Shown here one piece after another: positions 6,496 to 6,499 of a DNA stretch of 6,499 bases. How positions within the stretch are numbered: position 1 is the first letter of the stretch; each line of letters begins with the position of its first letter. Under the pieces are notes generated by a model that ran no database searches, was not told where the DNA came from, and saw only the letters and a program-made list of their open reading frames with translations. Origin of the DNA: a virus; the UHGV virus genome UHGV-1287879, one strand, 5' to 3'. A program made the translations under genes and the position numbers.

Positions 6496-6499
6496 AATC

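Noticed and set aside
1-6499. Search for tRNA, CRISPR repeats, transposase/integrase, toxin-antitoxin or defence genes
   Set aside because: No spaced direct repeats, no tRNA-like cloverleaf candidates and no ORFs with recombinase or nuclease motifs other than the RCR Rep. The genome is fully accounted for by microvirus genes.

Overview
The window looks like a complete, or nearly complete, small ssDNA phage genome of the family Microviridae, of the gokushovirus/alpavirus-like group. Every credible gene is on the minus strand and packed tightly. Several neighbours are separated by 1-nt stop/start junctions with the same heptamer TAATATG.

Gene order, reading the minus strand from high to low coordinates:
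- Rolling-circle replication initiator, VP4 / phiX A-like (6495..5107). It has an N-terminal CxxCxxC-RxxxxEW zinc-ribbon-like motif, a FITCTYN motif I, a HUH motif (PHYHAIFW) and a double-Tyr motif III (YVMKY).
- Four small ORFs of 60, 63, 75 and 64 aa (5033..4246), without recognisable similarity. They are respectively basic, unknown, acidic and Leu-rich, and a signal-anchor/lipoprotein-like membrane protein.
- Major capsid protein VP1/F, 740 aa (4244..2022). Its N-terminal block matches the conserved gokushovirus VP1 motif (FD..H...TT..G...PI.C.ElvP...tF).
- An approximately 300-nt noncoding region. It holds a GC-rich island with two tandem 32-nt direct repeats, a small hairpin followed by an ATTAAT motif, an alternating purine/pyrimidine tract and a 19-nt purine run.
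- A 103-aa Cys/His-containing ORF (1655..1344).
- Minor capsid / DNA-pilot protein VP2, 394 aa (1340..156). It carries the typical NSPxxxxQRLRDAGxN motif.
- A GC hairpin followed by a T-run, terminator-like (150..121).

The Rep start codon lies 4 nt from the window end, and the 155 nt at the window start look like the Rep-upstream intergenic region. Both are consistent with a circular genome of about 6.5 kb. All plus-strand ORFs in the track overlap real minus-strand genes and are judged spurious.

The best candidates for new biology are:
- the signal-anchor protein abutting VP1, a candidate single-gene lysis protein positioned like phiX E;
- the GC-island tandem repeats plus the phiX-ori-like ATTAATA motif, a candidate origin or packaging element;
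- the Cys/His ORF between VP1 and VP2.
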